Assembly (NCBI GenBank): GCA_951804945.1 | Contig: OX638150.1 | Coordinates: forward strand, 51,894,001-51,958,000 | Reading direction: 5' to 3' | Length of the DNA: 64,000 nucleotides | Origin: Podarcis cretensis | Taxonomy: Eukaryota | Shown: piece by piece, positions 1 through 11,350 of the stretch | Layout of the letters: every line of letters begins with the position of its first letter | How positions within the stretch are numbered: the first letter of the stretch is position 1 | The notes under the pieces: model-generated | What the model was told of the DNA's origin: nothing | What the model saw: only the letters and a program-made list of their open reading frames with translations | Databases searched by the model: none | Made by a program: the position numbers and the translations under genes

Positions 1-101
1 ATGGGGGCGGTGCGTGCGTTAGTTTTGCGGCTCCCAGGTTTTTTTTTTCTTTGGAAACAGGTCCAAGTGGCTCTTTTTGTCTTAAAGGTTGCAGACCCCT
101 G
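1..101. mobile_element. Right end of a hAT (Charlie-like) DNA transposon/MITE, cut off by the window start
   Basis: Ends in AAAGGTTGCAGACCCCTG (reverse complement CAGGGGTCTGCAACCT, a typical hAT TIR), followed by ACCTAGCC, a plausible 8-bp target site. Confidence 0.6.
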
Positions 102-220
102 ACCTAGCCTCTTAAAGCTCACATTGGGCTCTTAAGGTGTTGCCATGATCACGAGAAAAGCACATTATAGTCTGTGGCACATGTGGAGACCAAGTGTTTG
201 TCTTGTTCCCTATGATACAG

Positions 221-355
221 GTGGAGATTTGGCATCTGCAGATCCCATGGTCCTGGAGCAGTATGTGGTGGTGGCAGATTACCAGAAGCAAGAAAGCTCT
301 GAGATTAGCTTGTGTGCTGGCCAAGTGGTGGACATAATTGAGAAGAATGAATCTG
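221..355 (+). CDS. SH3PXD2B: SH3PXD2B (Tks4) coding exon (~exon 7), start of SH3 #1
   Basis: tacag|GTG...TCTG|gtaag; 135 nt; encodes [44 protein letters not shown], matching Tks4 SH3A. Confidence 0.96.
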
Positions 356-384
356 GTAAGGAGAGCTCAGTGGAAGCTTTAAAT

Positions 385-1078
385 TAGATACATGCCTTGA
401 GATTTCAGTAAAGCTTTTGACAAAGCCCCCCTTTATATTCTTGCAGAGAAACTGGTAAAAAGTGTACTGGACAAAATAATTGTTAGGTGGATTTGTAGCT
501 GGTTCACTGACTCCTCGGGAGGTGAAGGACTCTCCTTCATTGGAGGTTTTTTAAGCAGAGGTTGGATGGCCATCTGCCATGTAAAGCTAAAAAGGTAAAG
601 GACTCCTAGACGGTTAAGTCCAGTCGAATTCGACTATGGGGTGTGGCACTCGTCTCCGCTTTCAGGCCGAGGGAGCCAGCATTTGTCCACAGACAGCTTT
701 CCGGGTTATATGGCCAGCATGACTAAACCACTTCTGGCACAACAGGACACCGTGATGGAAGCCAGAAGTGCATGGAAACGCTGTTTACCTTCCCACTGCA
801 GTGGTACCTATTTATCTACTTGCACTGGTGTGCTTTCAAACTGCTAAGTTAGCAGAAGCTGGGACAGAGCAACGGGAGCTCACCCCGTCGTGCATATTTG
901 AAATGCCGACCTTCCAATCAGCAAGCCCAAGAGGCTCAGTGGTTTAGACCACAGCGCCACCCACATCCTTCCTTTTACCTTTACCCGTCATATGCAATCT
1001 AGCTGAGATTCCTGCTTTGCAAGGGGTTGGACTAGATGATCCTCGGGGTTCCAAATCTACAATTCTATGATTCTATGA
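385..1078 (+). mobile_element. Internally deleted CR1 LINE (RT fragment joined to the 3' end), interrupted by a Sauria SINE
   Basis: 385-512 resembles CR1 RT (DFSKAFDK...ILAEKLVK...VRWICSWFTD). 520-580 and 986-1078 resemble the CR1 3' end (AAGCAGAGGTTGGATGGCCATCTG...GGGGTTGGACTAGATGA...ATTCTATGATTCTATG tail). Confidence 0.8.
581..969 (-). mobile_element. Sauria SINE (Squam1-like)
   Basis: The minus strand reads GGATGTGGGTGGCGCTGTGGTCTAAACCACTGAGCCTCTTGGGCTTGC... with core GCAAGTAGATAAATAGGTACC and an ACCTTT tail. Homologous to the copies at 14134 and 58478. Confidence 0.92.
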
Positions 1079-3155
1079 AAAGAGCTTGTAAACAGGATCT
1101 CCTGTTCCTTGTAGGTTTCAAATGAGATCTGAAGCCCAGTGCCTGTTTTGTGGAGGTGGATGGGACATTTAAGCAGGCTGGCATCTATCTATATAGGAGG
1201 GTCATGCATGTATCAGCTTGTGATGACTAACATCTACATGCAATAAATGCCAAGGTTTAAGGGCTTCTATTGTAGCCTCTGATACACAAATCACTCAGCT
1301 ATATGCTTTAGGTGGTATTGTCCTTGGCAACAAGTTACACAGGCACAAAGCTCCCATTTCAGAGTCACCATATTACATTAATAAAAGGACCATGCCATTC
1401 TTAGTTGCCAGTCCAGCTTTTTTGATGGGAAAGTAATGTGCTCATCTTCTTACAATTATCTTAGTTTATTTAGTAACATGACCTATTGTAGAAGGAGCTA
1501 TGCTTAGAATTAAATTAATGTCTTTCCCCACCCAAGGAAATAATATATACAATACTTTTGCCTTCCTTATTTAAGTAAAATAAGAAGTCGCCTTGAAAAA
1601 TAGCTTTGGACTTGCATTTTGACAACAGAGAAACTTCTACTACAGGATTATACTAGTAGGCGATTTGTTTTTTTCAGCACAATGAAGCAAGTTACTTGCT
1701 GCTCAATTTCTATCCACCAGCCATCCATTGTGAAGCAGTGACACCAACGTTGTTGCTGTTTCAAAACACACTGTGCTGAATTTTTATGGATAATTTTAAA
1801 CTTCACATTATTCTCTTATTGAATAGCTTTCTATAAATTACCATCTTGATTTGCTTCGATGTCATATAGAGGTCAAATCATTTCATAGTTATTCCCTGAA
1901 TACCTTGTGTTACCATTCAGAATAGGGTTTTTTTTAATGAATTCTGAATTCACATAAAAAGACAAGTGCACAATAAATTGAATTACTGTATTAATTAAGC
2001 TGGGTTTATTGTCCGAGCTCAACAACATAAAGAGAATGATAAAGAAATAAAATTATCTATGTGTAAAAGTCAACTCCCAATGTTCTGTCATTCTCCCCAA
2101 ACATTGTGTTATGCTTAGTGTGACTAAGAAAGTCTTAAGGCAGAGCTATGCAAACACAGTCTTGCTTGTTTCTCTGCAGCTTCCATTGGGTTCTGTGGAA
2201 CATTATGGGCTGCTGTCTAGGACCTAGGTGAGAGGGTTGTTGACTGTTTTACTCTCCAGAATCAGCAGCAGGTTTAGCTGGTGTCTCTTCACCCCTGAAA
2301 ACAAATGGCTTCCATTTTCATATAACAAAAACTACTACCTGAAGACAATATTGTGGAGGCAAAATAATGCCAATCTCCCCTGCTCCTGACAGGCTAAAGA
2401 ATATCCCTTCTCCCCTTTCTGAAGGCTCTTCCAGTGCTGATCTACTTTCTAGCAGGTGACATAAAACTTTATAAGCTTATTGGAGACTTTCCAGAAGAAC
2501 TGAGCTCTTTTTATATAGACCAAGTGATTTAGCGTTTAAGGACATCCTGCCAATTTGATGTAACATTTGCGATTGGGAAGCAGTATAGGGTATAGCTATG
2601 ATTATGTCAATGATTTTAAAATATGTGATCATTTTAATAAAAAAATATTCAAACACTGTGTGACCTTCTAAAAATTAAGTGTCTGTAGTGTGGGAGCAGC
2701 TGAGATGTGTTAACTCTGAGAACGTTTTCTCCCATAGCCTAAAATAAAAGAAGAGCCAATTCCTTGGAGGTTGGTTTTATTTATTTGTGGGTTAGAACAT
2801 GTATTTTAGTGTAAACACAGAATTCCAGGATCTTACAACAGATGAAAGTACAATTTTATGAAAACATTTCCAAAATAGTAAGTTCTTTTTTTAAAAAAAA
2901 TCATTGCTTCGTGAAATAGAACGTTGACAGATTAAAAAGATATTCAGTAACTAGTGGAAAGCCATGAAGGAGGGAGACAATTGCACGTCACAGTGTAAGG
3001 TAATACATTATCTTGGTCCAGCCACTGGGAAAGTGTTCTCCTTCTCTTGTCCCACCCAGCTGTTTCTCCACAGCTGGAATGGATGGAATGGATTCAGTTC
3101 CAAAGTGAGAACTTAATGTGGCTTTTCAGCTAATGCTATTTTCCTTCCCCTTTAG

Positions 3156-3260
3156 GCTGGTGGTTTGTGAGCACATCAGATGAACAAGGATGGGTCCCAG
3201 CTACGTGCTTAGAAGTTCAGGATGGAGCCCAGGATGAATTTTCAATGCAACCTGAAGAAG
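3156..3260 (+). CDS. SH3PXD2B: SH3PXD2B exon (~exon 8), end of SH3 #1
   Basis: tttag|GCTGG...GAAG|gtgag; 105 nt, phase 1-1; [35 protein letters not shown]. Not in the ORF track. Confidence 0.96.
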
Positions 3261-4151
3261 GTGAGAAAATGGTTTAAGAGAAGCTCCCCAATAATTCCTG
3301 GGTTTTTTATTTGAACTGCTCTAGTCCAGCTATATTTTTCAGGCTGTTGTCCAGGGAGCAAAAACTCCAGTTTGGTTTGCATTTTAAAAAGTCCTAGTAT
3401 CTCTTCTCTCTAGCAAGCTCCCATGAAGGCTGAACTGGATATCACTGACAGAGAAGGTGGTGCTAATGAGCTCGCTTGAGCCTTTCCCAGCCTTCAGTAT
3501 CCAACGTTTCCTCTAGCTTTGAGCCACAAGCCACACCAGCTTTTGCTATGAAAAGCACACATTCTGAATTAAGACCCCTAAATGGGTGCTTTGTTGGGTT
3601 ATTTCTTTTTATGACAGTTGCTGTTATCCTATTGCATTGCACATGAGTAATATTTGCTATGGCTGTTCACACTGGAAAGTCCCAAGTGGTTTACATGGAC
3701 TCCACGGTGGTTTCTCTTCCCCTTTCTGCTCAAGTTCACATGCACTTATTTTCAACAATGCGGCAACAGCAGGTGCTCCTGTGACGTTTTTACTAGGTCC
3801 TCCCCATGGTGGCTTCTTGTGATGGAATGAGAAATGCAGAGACAGACATCAACAAAACAGGTCTAAAGTGTCAAAAGTGCACAACGCTTTTTGAGGAACT
3901 TCTTCAGTTTGTTGTGATTTCTTCGTTCCTTCCTTTTTTAGAAGGTGCAGATACTTCTCATTTTTAATATGACGCCTTTGTTAAGCAAAGCATCCAAGTC
4001 TTTCATATGAGCTATGGAGGGATCAAGGTGCATTGTCTGGTTGTGGAATTGTCTGCTCTATTAAACAAGGCTGATACTTCCAAGGAGTGAAGAGCTGCCT
4101 CCTTACACCCTGTTTTGTCCCTCTCCTGCTTCCCCAACATGCTCCTCCCAG

Positions 4152-4235
4152 TCCCATGGAGATACTGGTCTCTTCCCAGGCACGTGGGCCGCCGTCGGAC
4201 TCTTGGGGACTTGTACACCAGTGGATGGGGTCAAG
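4152..4235 (+). CDS. SH3PXD2B: Putative alternatively spliced 84-nt cassette exon of SH3PXD2B (SH3#1-SH3#2 linker insert)
   Basis: Long pyrimidine tract then ccag|TCCCATGG...TCAAG|gtggat. Phase 1-1, no stop. Encodes VPWRYWSLPRHVGRRRTLGDLYTSGWGQ (28 aa), which resembles the SH3PXD2A alternative exon containing RRWTLG. Confidence 0.8.
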
Positions 4236-4304
4236 GTGGATGCTGTGGAGATTGCTTTTATTGACCTCCATTTGTGCTTTGGACATTTGTCTACTTCCCG
4301 TTTC

Positions 4305-4347
4305 TGCATGTGCTGCCCATTGTGGTGTTTGCATGTGTTGTTGCATG
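4305..4347 (+). promoter_or_regulatory. Three RBFOX-binding TGCATG intronic splicing enhancer motifs
   Basis: TGCATG at 4305-4310, 4330-4335 and 4342-4347, 70-112 nt downstream of the cassette exon donor. Confidence 0.7.
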
Positions 4348-4696
4348 TAATATATTACTTATTCACTGGGAATCCACCCTTTGTATTTCCTTGTGTGCAT
4401 TGCTGGTCATATATGTTAAACCCCCACCCACCCCTCTTTCTCCTGCTTCTGGTACTTACTGTGTCAATGCCTCATGATTTAGGAGTTCTGCTCTTCTGTG
4501 CCAGACTAGAGAGGATGTTAAATGCTCCTTTACATTCAACTTGCAAGTGCTAAAAAATGCAAATTGCATTGGGTGGGCTGATAATTACTGGGCTCACAGC
4601 TGGCATGGTGAGAGAATTTTTCTCTTTGTTTCCCCTGTTATGGTCTTAAGGAAAATCTCAGAAGCCAGTATTTGTTCTAGAAGACATTTCTCTCCC

Positions 4697-5062
4697 TATT
4701 ATTTCTTTCTTTTCTTTTTTCATGTTTGTTGTTTGAAAATAGGGGAATTCGTGGAAGGGAAATGGGGTCGATCTTAGGGAATTATATAAAATATAAGGAG
4801 AAATGGTTCATTAAGATAAATAAGATAAATTAATTTGGAATAAATGGGTTATTTAAAATTACAAATAAGGTTTTAAAATTTGGGGTAAGAATCTGTGGAA
4901 TCAATTTAAGGGAAATGGAATACAAGAGGGGGAGGGGGGGAAGTCCGGGAAAGATGCCACTGAAACCAAGTGTAAATCATATTTGTTTTTTCTTTCTTTC
5001 TTGCTATCTTTCCTTTTTATTCTGGAAAATTTTTAATAAATATTATTAAAAAAAAAAATAGG
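4697..5062 (+). mobile_element. 5'-truncated L1-like LINE 3' end with poly(A) tail and TSD
   Basis: G-rich stretch, then AATAAA and an A-rich tail. Perfect 15-bp direct repeat AGACATTTCTCTCCC at 4682-4696 and 5063-5077. Confidence 0.75.
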
Positions 5063-5179
5063 AGACATTTCTCTCCCAAAGCAAATACCCCCTTTCAAAA
5101 GAGGAATTTCCTCAAGACTGCAAGGATATGTGCGTGCAAAATTTAAATTCTCCCTCCATAACTGCTGTGAGCCTATACA

Positions 5180-5182
<3 letters not shown>

Positions 5183-5256
<74 letters not shown>
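5183..5256. repeat. Compound (TC)n(AC)n microsatellite
   Basis: Read directly from the sequence. Confidence 0.97.
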
Positions 5257-5259
<3 letters not shown>

Positions 5260-5552
5260 TGGCTGATGCAATTAATAAGCACACACTAGCATGTTAAATA
5301 TGAAGATACATTTAATGTCTTGTCTGGTTGCCCTTAGTTGACTCAGATATTTGCTTCTTGCACAGTGTTTCTAGCTTATCTTAAATCTAGAAGGAAAACA
5401 AAGACTGGCACAGACCTGCTGGATGTAATCGGCCACATCTCAGAGTTTTCGTGCTTTGGCTGTGTTCCTTATAATTCCTGTTGCATCCTGATGCCATGAC
5501 ATCTGTTTGATGCTCTGCTGATGTGCTTCTGAAGTACAGTGTGGAGCATGTT

Positions 5553-5703
5553 ACAGATAGGTAGCCGTGTTGGTCTGCCATAGTCAAAACAAAATAAAAG
5601 AAAAAAATTCCTTCCAGTAGCACCTTAAAGACCAACTAAGTTAGTTCTAGGTATGAGCTTTCGTGTGCATGCACACTTCTTCAGATACATGTTCTTCAGA
5701 TAC
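5553..5703 (-). mobile_element. Truncated Penelope-like element terminus (pseudo-LTR) with a 12-bp TSD
   Basis: Flanked by GTGGAGCATGTT at 5541-5552 and 5704-5715. Contains GTAGCCGTGTTGGTCTG...GTAGCACCTTAAAGACCAAC...AGCTTTCGTG...CTTCTTCAGATAC, typical of reptile Penelope ends. Confidence 0.8.
5651..5688 (-). ncRNA. Minimal type I hammerhead ribozyme motif
   Basis: Minus strand: GTAT-CTGAAGA-A-GTGTGCATGCACAC-GAAA-GC-TC-ATAC. Intact core boxes, palindromic stem II, stem I GTAT/ATAC and a palindromic AGCT stem III. Confidence 0.72.
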
Positions 5704-6514
5704 GTGGAGCATGTTGGTTGTGTGCTCAGGCACTTGGAACACATTTTATGGCTAAACATTTCAAGTGGACACATACATCCACTGAAGTACCTCATCATGA
5801 AGTTGGCAGTTCAAGGTTATGTTAGTCTAACCAAGTGCTTGTCCACACTTTGCTTGTCCCATGCCCAGAAAGCATAGGTCTGAGTGGTTTTCTGCTTGCC
5901 CCACCACTTCCCCGGGAAAACCTGCACTTTGCAACTGAATGGAAGGAAATATAAGTCCACGAAAAACCTGCTCCAAATCAGCAGTAAAGAGTGGCTTTTC
6001 CTGGAGAATGTGGCAACTCAAACTGAAGTGTGGATGAGCTCATATACTGCAGTTCTGTAAGTGGAAAGGACTGTGCATGTTGTTTCAGCTCTTCCTGCCA
6101 GAGATATCATTAAACTAGCTGTGAAACTGATTCCTGGCTCTGCATGAGGCATTTCTAGAAATGGGGACTGCAGATGAGTATTGAATGCCAATGGCAGTCT
6201 TGCTGAGGCAGACTAGCTGGCATCACTTTGGCAGCTGTGCATAGGGAAAGCAGGCCACAAAAGCATTGTTTGTTATTTGTCAGTAATGCAGGTGGTGTGT
6301 GTGTGCTTGGATTTCTTGCTTCTCTTTCTGTGGAGTTGTCGTGATTATGTTTTTAGTGATACCAAGTTCTTCCGCTTAGTCTTAGCTAGCTGTTACTTCC
6401 TTTTCCTCTGGATCGTCACTGGAAATTGGTTACAAGCCTTATGGCTCTGGTGTTGGCATAATGCGCATTCCCCCATAACTTTACCCACAGTCTGGTACTA
6501 GGGAGGATGGAAGG

Positions 6515-6656
6515 CAGTGGCAGCTAACCTGTAGCCTTTCAGATGTGCTTGGCCTCCCAATTCCCATCAGGCTTAGCCAGCATGTCCAATGGTCAGGGAT
6601 TAGGAGAGTTGCTGCAGTCCGACAACATTTGGAAGCTACCACCTTGTCTATCTGTG
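6515..6656. mobile_element. Degenerate short palindromic hAT-type MITE
   Basis: CCTGTAGCCTTTCAGATG...TTCCCATCAG...GGTCAGGGAT...CAACATTTGGA. Same family as the copies at 9.9, 18.7, 19.0/20.2, 20.9 and 33.6 kb. Confidence 0.6.
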
Positions 6657-7296
6657 ATGTAAGAGATAGGGAATGGTTGTCATGATAACAGGGGCAGAGG
6701 TCAAGTAAGCACACTGTTTTTGCAAGAGAGCTCGACGGTGGCAGCATGACCCCAGGCGAGGAGAAACAGAGGAAACGAATGGGATGCAATCTTGGAACCA
6801 GTGGAGTTATTGCAAGAGCTGTGAAATAGCTGCTTATTGGAGTGGTGTGGTTCCTTGAGTGCTATAACATGGGAGAAGCATGGTCTCTTTAATTGCACAG
6901 GAGAAGCTATCTGTGAGTCTCTGGTGTTACAGCGCTCATGTGAGTGGAGCACTCAAATGAACACTTGTGCACCCAGATAAAGCTGCTGAAACAACATCGG
7001 AACTGATGCTTAAGGTGTTTGGTATCAGACACTTAGGGCAAATGGAGAAGCAGATTCTTTTTAGAACAGGCCTGTGCAACACCCCACCCCTGACAAGCCT
7101 GGTGTACGCAGCCCACCTCATTTCCACTGACCACCTATTACAGCTGCCTGTCTTCAATTGGAAAAACAGAGAGGTTGTCACGCACCAGGCAGGGGCTGAT
7201 AGGGTTCATTAGACTTACAGGAGGGTATTACAAGTTATGTGAGTAGATTTTTGGAAGCTTGTGTCAGGTGGATAGGCTCTCGACCCTGGTGTGTGA

Positions 7297-7581
<285 letters not shown>

Positions 7582-9556
7582 TGAATATAAGGGGCAAGCT
7601 ACTTTTATTTATTTATTACTGCAGTCTTGTGTACTAAAACCCAATGATGCTTATCTCTGTCTCTTGCAAAGCACCCTTAGGAGAGGGTAGCTTCCATCCA
7701 AGAAGGGACAGAAGGAGAGATCAGGTTAAGACACACAAAGCTCCAGGAATGACTGATGTAGAGGAATGCATTTTGTGGCATTCTGCTCTGTTTCTAGGAG
7801 ATAAAAATTAGATAACACAAGCTCTTTGAGGAAGAGGAGTGGAGACACAGAGGCAATACTTTAATGTTGAAAGGAATTGCTTCTTGCATTATGAACAGAT
7901 GGCATATTGCCTCGGGACAATGAGATGCCCTGAAAATCTCATTGGCACATTTTGGTATATAAGGTGGTCCCACCAACACATTTGTGGGTTTCGGAAACAT
8001 GTGAAGGAAACTATCCAAAAGGTAACAAGGCATGATGTGCCACTGAAGCTACATTTTCATATCACAAAATGGTGGGTGCAAAGAGGTGGGTTCTTTGGCT
8101 ATCAAAAAAAGCCTTTAAAGATGCTGTAATGCATAGGGGGAAAGGTACTCGAACGGTTGAGTTGGGGAAAGAGGTTGTAGAGAATGCCCTGAACCATGCT
8201 CCTTTATTGGCTTAAACTGCATGCTGCTGCAGTTGTCGTTGCAGTTAAGGGCACTTACTTCCTTTTAGTGGTAAAATGTGTTTATCACACAGTCTCTGCT
8301 TTAAACCAAACCAACACACACAGCATTGTCACAATGACTGCAACTGAAAGTGCTGGGTGGTGCACAGGTTGGTTCATTAGATGCAAAAAAGTGTGTTATT
8401 TTAGTACCTACTTTTCGTAAGAGACCCATTTCTACACTTCTGACTCCAACATAATGAAACTGCAGACTGATGAGTGAAATCCTCCAGCATCCTTAAATTA
8501 AGGGGGAATGTCTCCCATCTTTCTGTTCTTTTTGCCTGGTATATTTCTTGCTCCTCAATCAAAGCATCTCTCTCAATTGTGCACTCTGTTTGCTGTTGAA
8601 CAAGTCAACCATCCATCAGATTTTTGCATCTGTGTTGCCTAAAGAGGCTGCTGTTTGTTTTTGGTTTGTTTTTCTTTAATAAAAAAAAATTCTGGCTATA
8701 GATTTTTGAAGTGCCTTGTAACGGGACAGCTAAAATATGGTTCACATTTGCAATAGAAAATGGTTGAAAATGTATGTGTTAATCAGATGGGGCAAAAATA
8801 CAACACCCTGTTTACAAGGCAACTACAGCCATATTGATCAGGGCCATAACAGAACTCAAGCAGAAATAATGGGCAAACTAAGCACAAGAAAAGAATATCT
8901 TGATGACTATTCTCTAACCCTTGGTTGGTCAACTAGAGGTCTCTTCTGGCTACATTAGTTGTAAGTCTTGACACTGGGCTGACACTGACAAAGTGAGTGT
9001 CGAGGTAAAGCAGAAAGCAGGCTTTGATTTCCGTAACCTTCCAATGAACCTGCAGCATTGGCAACCACTACACCAGGAAAAAAGAATGTGTGTTGACATT
9101 TTAAACTGAGGAAATTTGCTTCAAAGAATCTCGAGTCTATTAAAGGCGCAGCAGCTGGCGTCATCTGATCCTAGCATCTTTGCCTCTGGCCACTAAGGTG
9201 GCATTTTCCTGTGGCTGGCACCAGTCCCTCCTCTCTGGCAGATGTCCTTGGTGGATGTGGTTTCTGAGTCACGGTAAAGGTTTAGGGCTATTGTTTTGTT
9301 TTGGGTTTCTCTTCTTTTAATGGTTTTGATGTAAGAAAAGAAGACAAACGGCACACTGGAAAAGTAGCGACCTTTGTATAAGAACTGGAAACACCAAGAG
9401 TTAGACTGCTTTGCATGTGACAGAAAAGTAGATGCACCTGTTATTACCACATGCCCCAGTGTTGTTTCCTGTTATACCTTCTTTTTTACATTGTGCTTAT
9501 GTGCCACAGAGAAATGTGATTGGCCCTAGATCTCTATGTATATGCAGTGTATGCAT

Positions 9557-9984
9557 TAGGGATGGGGAACCTCAGGTCCAGGGGCCAAATGAGGCCCTCA
9601 GGGTTTTTCCAAGGTCACACAGCCCTCACCAGTCCTGCTTTGCGCCCTCCTTGAGTGTGTTTTTTGCCTGGCTAGAATGTGCCTGGATGGAGAGGGATGT
9701 GTGAATGTGTAAAAACTAATCTAGTGTACAAACAGCAAATTTCGCATTTGCTGCTCTGTGGTTTCCCAGAAGGGGGTGTAGGCTGAAAAATTCCGCCCAC
9801 CCCCAGGTGTCCACATGGTGAGAGTACACAGTTTGCCTCTACACAATATAGCAGAGGTGGGGCAGTCTTTGGCCCCTCCAGATGCTCTTAACATCCATCT
9901 CTCACCAGCCTCATGGCCAGTGGTCAAGGATTATGGGAATTGTAGGCTAGCAACATCTGGAGGACCACAGGTTCCCTCATCCTT
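9557..9984. mobile_element. Old hAT-type MITE(s)
   Basis: Begins AGGGATGGGGAACCT and ends CAACATCTGGAGGACCACAGGTTCCCTCATCCT, forming inverted termini. Probably two adjacent or nested pieces. Confidence 0.55.
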
Positions 9985-10634
9985 GCATTTGAAGGACACA
10001 GCTGATACGTATGGTCTACAAACATGTACCTGTCAATTTTGCAATATACGATGTGGCCCTTAGTCAGGCCCACTAGACTCTGTGACATTTGTCATGCTGC
10101 TTCAAAATAAGCAGTAAGGATTCTGGACTCACTACATTAGAATAGTCCAGTGCATTTCAGGTAACAAATGATCAGAGGATCTTTCTCTGTGCCCGTGATG
10201 CACCCATAATGGGTTGGAGACTCCTGTGTTCCAGATTAGTCTTGCTGTCCCTGTATGCCATAATCCATTCCACATCTGGAGACTGGTTATTACAGCACAG
10301 CATACTGCCAGCATTTAGCCTTTCCCCCCAATGAGGTACAGCCACCTTGGGCATCTATGGAAAAATGGGAGATAAATTAGTTTAATCCACAATAAGCAAA
10401 CATTCATAATTGTGAAGGTATGGGGTCTTGAAAGATACTCAAGAGTGTATCTCTCAGATAACGGAAGAATGAAATGGGGGGGGGGGGGAATCTGGATTGA
10501 TCAGTCTGATTTCTCAGAATGTTGATTCAGAACCCTTTTTGTGCCTCTCAAGAACTGCTATGAATCAGGCTGGCTGTAGCCGTGATAAGAACGAGACAGA
10601 AGTCTAAATAATTTGACTATTCATATTGCTGCAG

Positions 10635-10861
10635 GTATCAGGGTCAGGAGGGCTGGGCCCCAGCATCATACCTGAAAAAGGGGAGTGGTGACATGCTTGC
10701 TCCAAAAGTGGGATCTGCCACTTCCGCCCACTCCTATGCACTAGACCTGGATGGAATCTCCCGGCAGCAGAACTCGGCGGGCCGAGACAAGGATGGCCCA
10801 AACAACCAAAGAGATGGAAGGTTTGATGGTCGCCCATTGCCAAATGTGGACCTTAGGCGAA
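10635..10861 (+). CDS. SH3PXD2B: SH3PXD2B exon (~exon 10), end of SH3 #2 and linker
   Basis: gcag|GTATCAG...CGAA|gtaagt; 227 nt; [45 protein letters not shown]...DLRR. Confidence 0.95.
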
Positions 10862-11350
10862 GTAAGTTGGAAAGAATGAACAATAGTTTTGGGTTCTTTG
10901 TAGGACATGCTAGCCTGGTGTGGTGCAGGAAGGTCTTCATGGCTCTTGAGTTTTGTGGCTTCTTGAGAATTATAATTGGTAGAACTGGGGTTATTTAGGT
11001 CAGTTCAGCAAATGTGGCGGTAAATTTTGGAATCCTTTCTAGTGTATGTTTGTATTGCATTCTATTTTCTGCTGCTATTCCAATGAAGCATATCTCAAAC
11101 TTGGTGGCAGTTGTTTGGACATTATGCATCTAGGGGGGAATGCTGTTCAGGATTTTAGTGTAGGTTTGGGTGTGAACCTACCCACCCCCCACCCCATCTC
11201 TGTAATACATGTACCCACACAGTCTCTCTTTCCCTCTTGCTCTTTTCCCCCTCAGACTTGAATGGTGGGGTCTTGTTAGTTCTTCTTAAGTATCACTTTT
11301 TGAAGCATGTTTTGATATCCTTTAATCACAATGAAATATTTTCCTGGCAG

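Noticed and set aside
4087-4350. ORF-track ORFs over the cassette exon
   Set aside because: They are in other frames or on the other strand. The meaningful frame is the one set by splicing from exon 8.
8467-8485. CTGATGAGTGAAA hammerhead-like boxes
   Set aside because: Only 2 nt between the boxes, so there is no stem II, and no stem I pairing.
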